DNA from: Ramazzottius varieornatus
Lineage: Eukaryota; Animalia; Tardigrada
Direction: 5' to 3'
Assembly (NCBI GenBank): GCA_001949185.1
Contig: BDGG01000004.1
Coordinates: forward strand, 1,451,620-1,515,619
DNA: 64,000 nt
Shown: positions 13,448 to 27,691 of the stretch, piece after piece
Layout: every line of letters begins with the position of its first letter
Position numbering within the stretch: position 1 is the stretch's first letter
The notes under the pieces: generated by a model
Database searches by the model: none
Seen by the model: the letters and a program-made list of their open reading frames with translations, nothing else
Told to the model about the DNA's origin: nothing
Made by a program: the position numbers and the translations under genes

Positions 13448-16400
13448 ATGAAAGAAGGGCAGCCAGCAGCAGCTGCCGTATCATCCTCCACAAACGGCAG
13501 TCTGACAGGAAGCCTGATGGGTGCCACCAGCAATGCCAGCCCGACATTGAACGGGCCTCTTCTTCCCCTCTCGTCTTCCGGTTCGACGACGGTCCTCTCG
13601 GCTGCCGGCGGCATTGTCAACAGTGCCAGTTACAACAGCTTACCAGGTCTGTACAAAGGCGGCGGCAACAACTCGGCCTACAACACGGGTGATCAGCAGC
13701 CCTTTCTGTCCTCCCCAGGGAAAGGCTTGCTGGGTAGTAAAAGCGATCTGTGGGACTCACTTTCACACGGCCGTGACGATGGGAAGCTTCCGTCAGCTAC
13801 GGAGAACATACCCTTAGTGTATGAGCCAAAGAGACCCAATGAGATATCGGATCTGTTGGCTGATCCGTTAGGTCAGACCGTCAGCGGTAAGCGCGGCGGT
13901 CAAGAAGGTCTGAAAATCAAGATTAATCGTAAGAACAACGCAAGTCGTAATCAGGCGGATGCGCAGCCTAATCAAGCGGCAAAGCCAAAGGCCAATCGAA
14001 AAAACACAAAGACTAATGGTGCAAGTACCACCGCTGATGCGTCGATGACAAGCACCGAGTCAGCCACGACGCCCAGTGCCGAGGATAATAAGGATGACAG
14101 CCTAACTGGAGCGAAGAAAGGCCGCAAGCGCAATTCGGAACGCAAAGAGAAGGGAGCACCAAGAGGCCGGGGGAAAGCGCCACAAGCGCAGAATGGCGAT
14201 AATGACAAGTCAGCAAGTCAAGAGCGACCCACCAAGAAAAGCAAGGTAAGGAGGAAGTTATACCAGTTTCTCTTCTGTGATCTGTATTGCGGACTTCGAG
14301 CAACACATACACAAATATAAATATCAAAAAAGAAATGCACGCACACTGAATAACATTGCAATATATTCTTGGGACGTGGGAAAACGAGTTGAACTTGTTC
14401 CTTATCTCAAGTGGCGCATGTTTCCACTGTTGCTGGCTGAAAGTGTGCGCTTCTTCTGAAAACAATCTGGTTCAAATGATTTGCCCACGTCCGATTCAGC
14501 GTAAGTTGATTGTGAAATTGAATGGGATGATATTCTAAGAATGAGATTGGAAAACCATGTAGAATTATATAAATTAAAATATTTATCTTCTTATTACTTT
14601 GTGGTTGTCTGGAAAGTTGTTTATGGCTAATTCGTATTTTTTCCCCGTTGTGTAGCTGGATGCAGCTTATCGTCGAGAGCAGGCCACCAGCTCAAGTGCA
14701 GTGAACGCTGAGACAATGATCGAGCCGGAATATTTAGCTCCACTTGAAGCCGGCAGCAACATTTTTCTCGAGGGTACTTATCAGGCTGAATTTACAATCC
14801 GTGATATACTCTGTAGCCCATCTTGACTGAGCTTGACGGATTAAATTGTATTATTGATTTTTCATAGGTATTGTATGGCACGAAACATCCGGAGGCATTC
14901 TTGTTGTTAACGTGACATGGAGAGGCAAGAGTTATGTCGGTACTCTCTTGGATTCAACCATACACGACTGCGCCCCACCAGCCACCAGGTAACATCCGAA
15001 AATGATATGCTCAGCTTCACCTTACTTGTCTTGTTTGCTTCGCACTGTCCATATAGTGAAAACTACTGTGACATTCGCCCAGTTAATCAAAACTATCTTG
15101 CATAGTTTTTTCCTGGGCGCTCTCGTTCACACTTATCCGGTATTCACAAATCGATCCGCAACGAAACTTCAGCCTTCAGACCAGCAACAGTTTTTTGAAG
15201 TAACATTCAATGACGTCGTTTTGTAGACTAGTATGCTTCAAGTACGCTCGGTAGGCTGCTGAGTGTGCGGGCGACATTTATGCTAACAGGGCATTTTTCT
15301 GAGCATGTAGGATGTCACTTGGTCACGTCTTATTATGTGTACGTTCCTTTTCGAACCTCTATTTGGAAAAACCACTTCAAAAACTGAGAGAAAACAGTCC
15401 AGACTCCAAACGTTTTCTTCCTGGGGTGAAAACGGCCCGTTTCAGACGGCATTCAGAATTTTAGGGTTGAGCTGGCCGATTTCTGTCCTTGGCTAATTGC
15501 ACTTTATTTTACATGGTATTTCACCTCGATTTACATTGTGTTGATTGTACATCTGAATAGTTCGTAATCACAGCGCTGCAGTTGCCATACCTCACTGGCG
15601 ATGTTTCGTTTCCGCCGCAAGTCGTTTTAGATATGAACCTATCAATGGCCGATGATATCATTCCTTTTGACCAACTAGTTCTCCATTCTGCAGAATCTGT
15701 GATTCCCCGCCGAGTGATATCGATGTGACGAATCGGTCTCCGACCAAAGAGCGCTCGCAAAAGCGTGGTCGAGGAGGTGCGACCGTCCTGTCCGAAGGCG
15801 AAGTGCACGCGCCGCTGGCTCTCCGCTGTGGTAAGCGCCGTGGTGCCAACTTCCAAACTCCTGCCAGTCCAGCACGCTCGGACACCGCCACCTCAACCAA
15901 GAATGGTCGTCGTGGTCGTGGATCAACCAGCAGTGCCCGCTCTCAGAGAACCTCGGAAGAAACCGTTCCCGAACTGCCTTCCCCCACTGATGAGGTAAAA
16001 GCGAACCAAATGGGAGCTCGTAGAACGAGGTCGGCATGATTGTTCTCTCAAGCGGCGCACGCTCTCAGTTTTTTCGGCCAGATGAGTGCGCCACTTGGAA
16101 AAACGTTCTTGTTGGGTTTATTTGTCTAGGTCCCTGGTTAATGATAGGTTCAACACTGTTCAAACTTAAGTGTAAATAAACAAATTTGATTTGAAGATCA
16201 AACCGAAGCGTGGTCGCCGTCCAACAAGCGGACCAGCAACGCCGACCAGCGCTGGTGTCCCCGAGCCAACAACCCCCTCATTCCCGAAAGCTACTTCCGA
16301 GCCCGTGGCTTGTACCGTCCGTAACTGCGAAAAGAAGTTTGGTAACGCTGAGGGATTGCGCTTTCACCTGCAAGCACAACATGGTCTTCAGAGCCTACCG

Positions 16401-18483
16401 TCTTTCGATGAAGAGAAGAGTACAGATTCTCAGTCTGATACGAAGGAGGACCTGAACTCGAGTACTGACTCCATTGCATCTCCTAAAGCCACTATGACCT
16501 CAGCTCTTTCAGTTCTTCCGTTATCTAACGTTTCCGAAGCACCACAGAGCAAGCCGGAGACTCTTCCCGCACCCACTCATCATTTCCCAGCTGCGAGGCC
16601 GGAGGACCTCATCGTACCAGGAACACACTCGCGAGCAGTCGACATGGAGGAAAGCGTCAATGCTGAGGAGGAAAGCAAACGCAGTAAGCAGAGGCGGAAA
16701 CAACCAAATCCTGTCTCGTCACAGCACAAGAAGACTGTTGACTCTAACGGAGAGACGACAAGTAGAGCAACTTCCAAAGAACCCTCCGCTAGGGCAGAAG
16801 GTGGGTTTTTTTCTCCGTAAAAAAGTAGGTCTGCCGCACTATCAAAATTTCTTGCTAACGGTTATTTTGTCTCGTAGGGCCTTTGGTGACTTCTTCTCCA
16901 GTACATGCGGCCCAATCCAATCAAGATGCCGTAATGGGACAACGTGGACCTGGGGAGAAGACGTTGGTTCCACAGGACCTGTCGAGGAGTGCCAAAGACA
17001 ATGCAGCGCCGAAGCCGGAAAGCTCTTTCCGTGGCCCTTTGCTGGACCCTCTTCCTCGCCCGCTCGATGCTACCGGTCCACTGGACCTGAAGATCGCTTC
17101 TCCGCTATCGAACAGAGTGAGTTCTGTGGACCAGTACACATCCTCTCCGTTAGCCGACAGCTCGAAGATGACCACTGCACCCTCAGAAGGTCGAACCAGT
17201 CCAGCCTACTCGGATATTTCCGATGATGAGACGGCGGAACCGAAGAAAGATCTGCCGCCTGTCGACAAGGCCGCATCTAATTTTCCGTTCGTTGGACTTC
17301 TCGCTCCTCTCACTATGATGGCACCCATGCTAAACGTCGATCGCAATGGTACGGCGATATTCGTAATTTCACTTCGATGGGATCTGCAGTTTAATACTCG
17401 CTTGACTTTTGTAGGTAGTCCAGCTGAGCAAGCCAAAGCGATGATGCCCATGTCTGCATTCCCAGGCTTCATGTATCCAGCAGCTGGGAGACCCAGCGAG
17501 ACCTTCTCTCCCACCTTCAGTACCTTATCGCAGTCTCCGCAACCGAGACCCAGCGATAGTGTCGACTCGAAGCCATCCAGCAGTCCGTCACCGCTGTACA
17601 GTTCGAAGTCCTCGTCTCGTTCCAAAGAGACTGACAAGTCCGACGGGAAAGGCCGCAGTCCACTGGCGAGAGACCCCTCAGCGAAGAATGACGTCAAGTC
17701 CGAGCCGGGAAAGTCGAAAGATGAATCTTCTCGGAAGAGCACTCCAGAACATGATACGAAGCCGCTCGTGAATGGGACGGATCGACCACAAGCATACCCT
17801 GCTCCTCCAGCCTACATGATGAATGGCGCGTACCGGAACAACGCTGCACAGTCCTTCCCGATGCCGATGAGTTTCATGAACGGCCAGAGAGGACCGCCGA
17901 TGTTCAACCCGACTCCCGAACAGATCATGAGCATGAGCATGTTTGCTTTCAATGGGCGCTCACCGGTCGGTCTTCCACCGGGCTTACCGCAGGCACTGCC
18001 CACTCAAGAGCCTAATGTGATGGACATGATGCAACAGGTATAATAACGGGTTTTTATGCACCACACTAGTCAGCTAACTCACTGATAATTTTCATTTTGT
18101 AGAGAATGTATCCATCATCCGCAGTGCAAAATCCGCATAAGATTCATGAGCTGGAGAAGAGCAGTAAAGCTACTGGGTCATCGTCGTCGGACAAGAAGCC
18201 ATCCGCTTCTCCTGTCACTCGCAAAAGCGAGTCTTCCACAAAGAGCTTTCCTAGTTCTTCAGACAGCCACCGACAAAGAAATGGCTCTTCCATGCTGAAT
18301 GGCTCTCCACTTCCTTCTCAGATGATTGGTTCTCCGCCTGTCGACCCTTGTAAGCACTTCAATCCATTTCTTGTAAACTACAGGCTGTACCTCCATTATT
18401 ACGAGTAGTGCTACTAATTATTTTCTTTCTCAGTTAATCTGTTTCCCGGGCAGTATCCTCCGCCCATCAGTCTGCCTCAGTAA
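13448..18483 (+). CDS. ZNF608: ZNF608/ZNF609 (scribbler/brakeless)-like C2H2 nuclear cofactor, about 9 coding exons
   Basis: Spliced exons give the family signature [55 protein letters not shown] (~14720-14988), one C2H2 finger [24 protein letters not shown] (~16311-16382) and [10 protein letters not shown]. Stop TAA at 18481-18483. Confidence 0.9.
15238..15334 (+). repeat. Dispersed ~100-bp repeat, copy 2 (intronic in the ZNF608-like gene)
   Basis: Matches 3570-3674 (see copy 1). Confidence 0.85.
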
Positions 18484-19099
18484 CCACATTGGACACGCCC
18501 GATGAACGAAAGGCTTCGCTCAAGGGTCTTCCGCAACATTTCCGGTGGTTACTACTGAAGTTAAACATGTTGGAAATTCGAAGACACAAGACGTTCACTT
18601 TCCGTCGTTGTTTGATAGTTGAACCTTCCTAATTGTAGACCCTTTCCCTCCGAAAAGATATATTGTCATTTCCCATTTGCCGATATTATCTACTTGATGC
18701 AAGGGCGGACTGTCCTTTTTCATTGTGTTCGACTACGTGATACTTTCAGACCAAACCAAATAACTTTTGTTGTTTTAGTCGGCTTCAGCTTTTGCCTGTA
18801 TGTTGTTGACTTTATGCTTTTAACTGAATATTTACTAGGTCGGCCAAAATAGCTATCATAAAATGGACTAGTAGAATACACGGCACTTGGGCATAAATTA
18901 GTTTGTCAGGAAAAAAGGTGGTATTTGCAGTCTAATCAACAAAGAATAATAGAGTCGTACGGATGAAAAGTCTGCGACCGTATAACTATCAAAAGAGGGA
19001 AGGAGAGGTTTAGAGGGGTCAAAACTCAAGCAAAGTTCTGTCTGGTACTTTGAGATTAAAAACCGTCATTCCGCAAGAATATATCACAATGAAAAGAGC

Positions 19100-20142
19100 T
19101 TAATCCAGATACTGTGCCAACCACCGGAAACCCTCGCCGTAACCCTGACGCTGCAACAGACTGCACATGAAGAGCTCCATTGGCCGGCCACGCAGTTCCG
19201 ACTTCTGAACGTTTCCCTAACACAACAAACAGGGCCTTGAGTGATGTGCTCATAATAGGACTTGTAGGGAGGTTAACATAATAGGGAGGTCTTCGAGATG
19301 ACATGACATTGTAGATTATGTTTACCTTTCCCGTAGTTTGTCCGTGAAGTCCCAAATAAGCTCGAAGCTCGTCTTCCGAACACGCGCCAGGCCGGTCAAT
19401 CTTGTTTCCCAAAACAAGTACGGGGCAGTTGCTGATCTGTTCGTCGGTTAGCAAGCTCTGTAACGAACAGCCATGATTACGACATGCAAAAGCAACGTAA
19501 TCAGCACGCGAACAGATAATTTGAATATCATTGTGACATACATCTAGTTCAGCTTTGGACTCTGCCAGGCGATTCCGATCGAAGGCATCGACGATAAAAA
19601 CTATGGCGTCCACGGCTGGAAAGTAGTCCTTCCATACGCGTCGAGCTTGAGTGTGCCCGCCAAGATCGAAAGCTGTGAACTTGATGTTACCCATAGTTAG
19701 CTCTTCAGATGCTGTAACGAAGAAAAATGAACAATCAGCTGGGCTCAAACCCAGCACTCTAAGTCTCTACAGTATCTTTTAAACACCATTACATAAACAG
19801 TGCTACGTTTCCCAACCCTACGAGGGATTCACAAAACGATCTGGACAGTAATCAACCAAACTTACTTGGATGTAGAGTAGGAACATGTTGAGCCATCTTG
19901 TCGTCTTTCAGCATGTGCATCAGTGTCGTCTTGCCAGCATTGTCCAGCCCCAGAAAGACCAGTTTTCCCGACTTTTTGTACAAGCCTACGACAGAAACGT
20001 TCAGTACAGACGTTCTGACAGACATCCCATTATGCTGTTTTAGTATCTCGTACATCACCAACACCACAGAGTATGAAGTTCCATGGATGTCTTACTTACC
20101 GAGGTAGTTCAGCATGCCCGTAAACCAATCCCAAAGCCACAT
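19100..20142 (-). CDS. SAR1: COPII small GTPase Sar1, 5 coding exons
   Basis: [73 protein letters not shown], and C-terminal [10 protein letters not shown]. Confidence 0.98.
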
Positions 20143-21434
20143 CTTCGCACAGTAGGTGAAACTCCGCTTGTCAAGAAGTATCACAGGTCTCTTTGAGACG
20201 ATCTAGAAGTTAGTGTACAGATTCGAAGTCTTCGATGATGAGAATTTGACTTTTTCTTTTAAGAGAACGAAGAACGGAAGAAGTGTGACTTCCAACGTGG
20301 AGGCAAGCTGTCATGTCATCGGACAAAGTTATCACATAGAAACGTACCTCAGGGTACCACCTGCCAGCCTTTGCGTAACGTCAGCTGGAACTCCCTCCTA
20401 GAAACGAATGGTCAGCAGTACGGTGCAAATTCACCTAGCCGTACGGTGCGAAGCGGCGCACCGCCCTTCACCCAGAATGACACACCTATGGCTTACAGTA
20501 GTACTACATGACATGACTTCCGGACGATGTCCATTCCCCAGTGTCCAGCAGCCAGACGACTTAACTTAACCCGGCCAATGCAGTCAGCATGGAACGTCCC
20601 AAACTTTACTGAATTATGTCTGTTAGCCGTATTCTCCACGCGGACCGGCGGAAGACACAGTTTCTGTTGGTGCCCGTTGATGACCGTGGGGTTGGTCTTA
20701 GAAGTTTGAACGCTCAGAAAGCTATGCAAATATCCCGATAGAAAAGATCAACGAGTTTCACGATGACTGTCTGGAGTGTGTTGTGTCCGTCTATTGTCAG
20801 CGCTGCAGCATTTGGTAAATGGCGCAAGGATCTGCAGGAACCCCACGTGCATTTTTTCTGCATGCCGTGCGGCGTGACCTTCGTCTTACGAAACGCTATA
20901 CATTCAGTATCCTATAATTATGTGTCCTCGTATATACCTGCCATATACCTGCCAGTAACCAGCTACCAGCAGCCACAAGGAACAATCAGAAACCAGAGAG
21001 TCCTTGGCTTTGAAACAGACTACATACGGTTTTGATGTCAAGAGCGCTGGACAGGTTCTGCAGTTTTGCATCTTTCAAATTTTTCCTTCTGTCTCTTCCG
21101 TAGCTGTATGGTCCACCGACTCCTCATCCGTTGTGCATTTCTCGATCGAATGGCACCAACAACTCCCCCATTTTCGTAACAAAATGAACGACTCATGTCC
21201 AAATCATTTTCCTCGGCCCACAGTGCCTAGACTTTTCGTACTACCACAGCGCACCGCTTGATATCTAACTACCGCACTACTGTATATGACTACCACAAAA
21301 ATATTCTGTAAAAACATCGAAGTAAATCGGAAAAGCTCCATAATAAATAACGAACTCACGTGCACAATCTTCGCTCTACAAAGCTCTGGCTCTTTTTCCC
21401 CAAGAAAACGTCGTTCGACTACTTCGTTGACCCA

Positions 21435-24400
21435 TCAAGCTTCGTCATCGCTCACCTGTAGAAAAATTATCAAGAATGATCGAACGATCAGCATTCTTCC
21501 GACTTCCGCTCACAAGGAATTCTTACCGGCTCTCCCAAGCGTCTCAGACGCTCGCGATAGTCTTTCATCTTCTGGTCACTGTCTGTCACGAGTTCAAGTA
21601 AATCAGCCTGTTCCATATTTAGATCGGAGTACTTGGTTCTGAGTTGCTCGAGTTCTTCTTCGAGTTCCCGCGTCTTCTGTTGGGCTTCCTGAAAAGTATC
21701 ATAGCAGGATATTTGGCAAAAACCTGGCAAGATGCCACCAATCTGGACAAATCACTTACACTTCGAGTCATCGAGAGAAGTTCATCGGCCGTCACTTCCT
21801 TCTGAGTGAACTGGTCCTTCAACGTCACCAGTTCATCTTTCAGCCGGTCTGCTTCCGCTTGCCAACTGAAAAGCAATGAGTCCAGATGCTCTGTCCTGGC
21901 CTGAAGTTCGGTCTTCTCCAGTATGAGCCCCGAACTTGGGTCGCCACCGTCCTTTTGCTGTTCGAAATACTGGTAGTACGAGGTAATCTGGTTCTGTTGC
22001 TGAAGAGTCAGCGTCCTCAAATGTTCAAGTTCAGGCATGAGAGCTTGATACTGCTCGATCGTCTGCTGCATTTGACTTGTAGTGGCAGTGAGGTGTTGCA
22101 CCTGTTGCTCCAACCTTGCGTCACCTTCGTGTTTGGTGTTTGAACGTAAGTCGTACTTTTCTCTCTGTAATGTCTCAATTTCTTGATCTCGGATATGTAT
22201 CTCACTTGTCAAAAGTTCTACTCGTCTAGAGAGGTTCTCTATCTGTTGTGCAGACTGGCTGTGGAGATAATGTGCTTGTTTGAGCTGAGCTTCCAACTCA
22301 GCGATTCGGTTGTCTTTGCTCAACAGTTCCGAGCGCTGTTGGTTGAACACTTCCGGGTCCGACGCCATGTGCTCTTCTTGAGATTCGTCGATAGCCCGGC
22401 AGATTTTGCCTTCTGCTGCTCTGTAGAACTTGATGAAGTCGTAGTCTAGTGAGAGATCGGCGAATGACTTGACAGCCGGATCAGGTCGCTGCGATGCGAG
22501 GAGGAAGTTTTCCAGGCGGGTTATCTGGACTATCTTCTCGCGGAATGTTTCAGCTCCAACGCGATTCCGCACCAACTCCACCATCTCGGTCCTATAAAAC
22601 GACAAGGTGTGACATCAACCATGTTCAGAGAGAATGTCTGTGACTACCTCGCTGCCCACTACGTTATCATCGTCGTTATGTACCAACTTTGAATTTTACC
22701 TCGTTTCCGGCTTCCGGTCATACCGTATGCAAACCCCGAGTAGGAAAGCGCATAGGCCTTGGAAAAGCTTCTGTGAAGACTCGAGCGGAGTATCGACGAT
22801 CTGCGTCAAGAGCTGGAAAGAGCCGCAGTTAGCAGTGAAGTGGACTGATGGACTGAAGAAGGACGGGTTATCTTTTCAACAGCAAGGATAGAATGATTAC
22901 CCAAAGCATGATAGACTCTATCCGCAGGAATGCCTCGACCGCATCAGGACATTCGGATAACCACACGCAAAGCAGCTGAAGAGCGGCAATCTTGCTCTGA
23001 AGGGAAGAACCCTAAGGAAAAATTCGTCACTGGGTGAATGTGTCGTCACAGCTAATCAGAATGAAACCAGATACCTCTCGTAGTATGTGGACACACTGGT
23101 GCATCACAGTCGAGGAAGGCATGGCTGCCGACGGCATCACATTCAGGCTGACCAACATCTTCTTGTGGTCCAGAGACTCGACAACGCAGTGCATAAATCC
23201 TATTTCAGAGCACCACTGGTTGAGGTTGTCCGGACTGAAGAGCGCACCACCCAGAAGTTGCCCCAGCGTGTGTGGCGAAGGATTAGTCGTATCGGGTATC
23301 ACAGACTGGAGAATCGTCAACTGCATGGCGGCATTCTTATACAGGAATGATTTCAGGACATACAACACTGCAAGCCGCAAGTCGAAAGCTTGTCTTTCGT
23401 TCAGCATGGACAGGAGCAGAATGGCCAGAGCTGGCCGAGGCGGCTTTAGCGGAGCTTCCATGGCCGAAAAGTCCTCCTGAATTTTCGAATTCCCTAAACC
23501 GAAAATTTAAATAACGCCCTAGTCCATTCGTGAAGACGAACATCAGTGGCCAGAAAAAACTAATTACCACGGATAAGTTCAGCTACTGTGTTTAGCGCCT
23601 GCACCAACACATTGAGAGGAACACCGGGAGTCATAAGTATAGCGCACACTAAAGAAACCAGTCCGCACTTGCTACAAGCGTCCTGGCATGTGCGAACTAT
23701 CGGCGATGGTAGCAGTGGAGAGACGAGGTTCCGAACAACATTCAGCATTCGCGTGGCGTTTGTCTTGCGCTGTTCCGACCACGACGAGGTACCCAGCTTG
23801 TCCGCGGAGAACCAGTCACAGAGCTTCTGGACACATCCGTCTTCTTTGAAGAGCTTTATGTTGCTCGTGTTGTTCTCGAGAAGGTTCGATATCACTAGAA
23901 GACAGTCTTCAACGACCACTCCGCCTTCGCTGTAACCTTCATCGCGGACGATGTCTAAGAGGATGTCGAACGCCTTGCTGAAAGCGATGATCTTCTGCAA
24001 GCTTGGCTCGTTCTTTGTTATGAATAACAGCAACAGTACGCCCTGGAAGAAAGCGTTGAAGCTTTTAAAGCTATGCAGTATCAGAATACGCTTATCACAG
24101 CAAACTGTACATCATTTCGGATAATTTCCCGGTTGTCGGTCAGAAGGTCCATAAGGTTGGATACGGCGCCGCCAACCGTAAGGAGCACGTTTTGAAAGGT
24201 CTTTGGTGAGCTGTTGGCCATGATGCACAGAAGTCGAACAGCGGGCCATCTTATCTGGAACTGGTATTCCTGCGCAGGAGAAGAGAAGCGATACGATACA
24301 CACCAAACCTAAAACGTTTCGGAGGTGCTCTGAAAACTTTACTTTGACAAAATCCAGCAGTAGCATAAGATGCTCGCTCTTCTTCAAGAAGATCTCCGTT

Positions 24401-24993
24401 AGTTGTCCGCCGAGTTTTTGGGTCGAATGGTCGTCCGGAAGGCTTGTCCCATCTATTGAAACAGTGAAATCACAGCGGATAGCAAGTAACATCCTTTTTG
24501 AAGTTCACACATAGGTATTGCAGGTAGTAACCTCGGCCCGGAATGCTGTCGGAGTCGGACATGATGATGCATAATATGTCTAGGATGGTAGCAACGATGT
24601 CCTGATCCGATCTATCTTGCTCTAGGATCTGCAACAGGATAGCCATCCCATGTGCCGCGATGTGTACACGGTTTTCCTATCGAGCAAAAACGTATGTATA
24701 AGTCGGGAACCGATGACTAGAGAACCAACTGGACAAAAACAACCCACGCACTGCTTGAGTACCTTTGCGACATCTTTAAGCTGCCGTAATCCATCGCGTC
24801 TGTCGGCGACCAACGTGACCGATTCCAGGCGATGCAGTAATCTGTCGATCTACAAAAAGAGAATCACCGTAAAGTGACAGGAGAAGACTGGGGGCTGTAC
24901 GTAACTGAACTTTACACATACCGTGTCTGCTCCACTACTGCTGGGACCGTCACCGTCGGTCTTCCCCGCGAACGCTCGGAACAAGAAACTCAT
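21435..24993 (-). CDS. USO1: General vesicular transport factor p115/Uso1
   Basis: N-terminus with DRRDGLRQLK, armadillo head (SLQKIIAFSKAFDILLDIVRDEGYSEGGVVVEDCL), long coiled coil, EQADLLELVTD, and acidic tail VSDDEA*. Confidence 0.95.
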
Positions 24994-25304
24994 TTCCGTA
25001 TGATCGGAATTCCTTCTCAGCACATCGATACAGTCATCCAGCTCCGGTATACAGCATAACTGTCATAAGCTTTAAAAGTAGAAGATGATGATCCCAAAGA
25101 AGTCCAAAGAACTGACAACTCGACAAACCAGCTGATTAGCGTGTTCAGCGCCAGGTGTTGTGCTTTTGCTCGTGATGACGCAAACGGCGCAGTCTGATAT
25201 CAATCAATCAACCACTCATGCACATAGGTACGAAATCAATGGGGTTTGAATCAATTTGCACCGTTCGAACAATATATCTGAAAGAATGTGACCTGTCCAT
25301 TAAT

Positions 25305-25342
25305 AGACATCTTGCGTTTTGCGCAGAAGAATTTAACAAACG
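25305..25342 (+). repeat. Left TIR of the Harbinger element
   Basis: AGACATCTTGCGTTTTGCGCAGAAGAATTTAACAAACG versus the reverse complement of the right end, AGGCACCTTGCGTTTTGCACAGATGGTTTGAACAAACG. Confidence 0.9.
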
Positions 25343-25549
25343 CTCACTAAGGATTTTTGAAAATCCTAGTTCAAAAATCCCTTCGCTGAAGCCTTTCAGA
25401 GGTTGCGGAATGCGCGGCCAAATGACCGACAAACGAGCTGCAAAGCTACTATAAGAATTTAAGATTCAGCACACAACAAAGAAACTCGTGCCGTTATTCT
25501 GTTTCTGTTGCTCGTTTCGTATTCTAGATCTTGCTTTGTGTTTTTCGAT

Positions 25550-26933
25550 ATGGATAAGAAGCTACTTGTGATCATGTGTGAGGAAGGGGACATCGACGAG
25601 GAAGAGCTGGTTATTCTGGGATGTTTGACAGACCAAGCCAAGATGCGACCGGGAGATTTCGACCTCTACAAGCTGTCTCGCCAAGACTGCCTGGAAGACT
25701 TCCGCTTTTCCAGCCATCAACTTGAGATACTAAAGGAAACTCTTGAGTTTCCGGATATTATGTATACCGACGCTCAGCATGTCATTCCGGGAATGGAAGC
25801 CCTGTGTATTCTGCTGAGGCGACTTGCTTACCCTGACCGTCTTTGTGATTTGGAGAAATTGTTCGGAAGAAGCCGCAGCGTTTTATCTCGCTGCTTCAAC
25901 CAGAGCCTAAAACACGTCCATGATAAATTCTGTTGGCGTCTGAGTATTCCCGTACAGCCTTGGACAAGCTTAAATACATTGAGTTGTGGGCCGAGGCGGT
26001 CTCGCAGAAGGGTTCTCCGTACGACAGATGTGCGGGGTTTTTAGACGGGGACCAACATTGAGATCTGTCGGTAAGCTACGAACAGCCTCCATTCTTGCTT
26101 TGAGATCCTATGTGAACCGTAACTATGTTTAAGATCTTTACCTTGACTTACAGGCCTCTGGACTATGCGACGCAGAATATTTGCTACACCGGGCATAAGA
26201 AAGAACATGATTTGAAGTATACCGGAGCGATGGCACCTTGTGGCATCATGTACCTGATGTGCGGTCCTGAACCAGGAAGCTTCCATGACGCCTCTACACT
26301 ACTCTACAGAAGTGAAATTCTTAATCTGATGAAAGAGAGCAGGACTTGGACACCCACTCCGAAACCGGATACTACCTGTACGGCGACCAGGCCTACAAGT
26401 CAACACCCCAAGTAGTCAGTCCTGTAAGGTACAATGCTTCTCCGTTGGAAACTGCTTGCAGTGCGGCAATGAAGACGCTTCTGATTTCCGTTGAATGGGG
26501 TTTTGGGAAGATCGAAAACCTGTTTGCCTATAATCCGGGACACATAAAGCTAGGTCTCCAGCCTCTCGGAATGTACTTTCGAGTAGCCACTTTACTGACG
26601 AATTGTCACACTTGCCTGAATGGTTCACAAACATCCAACTACTCTGCGGTAGAACCGCCGACACTCGCAGAGTACTTGGAGAACTATCCCGAAGATCACA
26701 TCGATGAACAGAAACAAGGGATGGCTGTAAAAGAGGCATGCTCAACATTACATCGCGCATCAAATCAAACTGTCTATCCCGCTCTTCTTTTTCCAGCTGG
26801 AATCGCTGTTCTCTCCCTTCCTTCTCTAGTTCGAACCGTCGAGCCTTGTCCGGGTCCTCCATTCGCAGTTCTTCCCGATCGAATTCAAGGAACTCTTGTC
26901 GGATGCTTCGTTCCGCGGCATTATCGAGCGTAG
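25550..26933 (+). pseudogene. Harbinger (DDE_Tnp_4-like) transposase with two frameshifts and one intron
   Basis: HTH region LRRLAYPDRLCDLEKLFGRS; GFLDGT (first D); YTGHKKEHDLKY; GSFHDA; LYGDQAY (second D); SVEWGFG (E); C-terminal PPTLAEYL. Frameshifts near 25970 and 26340; GT-AG intron about 26071-26153. Confidence 0.9.
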
Positions 26934-27691
26934 TTTCTCGATGCATCTCCATCTTCATATCTAGCTCCTTAAGCTGCTGTATCTCTTTACCTTCCAAATA
27001 TTCATCGACTGGTTCTACTTTACGTTTTCTGAATGGTGCTGCTGGCTTCTTAGGGCTAGACTTCTTTGGGACTGGCGAACTGGATTCGTTTTCATTGACC
27101 GTTTCTACATCTATAAACAGAATCAAAACGCTTTTTGCATGTGTAAGTTTAAAATTCAATCAACGATAAGCCCAATCAATCAACACTCACCGTTACCCGG
27201 TTCAACCCGCGCCCTCATAGTTATCAGAGCATCCTTCTGAATGGCTTGTGTCAGCTGCTTACTTTGCTCCTCTTCTTCTCGGCATTCGCGTTGTTCGCTG
27301 TGAAGTCTTCACATTCGATCAGGCTTTTGAGAAGGGTATCAGCTTCGGTTAGGTTCAACGAGCCCGCTCCAGTAACTTTCTTGTCAGCCTCGACGCGGCA
27401 TGCCTTCATCAGAATTCTGACTCTTTCCCTGCAACGGCGATCGTCAAAGATCTCCCCTTCGAACAGGGTTGTAACGTCCACCGCAATCAAACTCCAACTG
27501 TCCTTCCGCTTGTTCACGGTATAACGGAAAGGATTCTCCTTGTTGGTCAAGCGCAATAGCTCCAAGTCCATTTGCAGCTGACGGTCGACTGCTCTCTTTG
27601 CTGCGGCTTCTTTCTCTGACTTCTCGGCCTCTTTCTCAGCACCAAGTCTCTTTGACGGCCTTCCCCGTTTTTTCTTCACTTCCGTCGCCAT
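26416..27691 (-). pseudogene. Harbinger ORF1, Myb/SANT-like DNA-binding protein with coiled-coil tail, one frameshift
   Basis: MATEVKKKRGRP, then DLELLRLTNKENPF...KRKDSWSLIA...RRCRERVRILMK (trihelix/Myb-SANT pattern). Frameshift near 27280, intron about 27112-27190, and an E/R/K-rich coiled coil. Confidence 0.8.

Noticed and set aside
17206-17742. Long antisense ORFs over ZNF608, USO1, HFM1 and kettin exons (also 55273-55977 and 57103-57795)
   Set aside because: Shadow ORFs of real coding exons. The Leu/Val-rich ones are simply the reverse complement of Gln/Asn codons.
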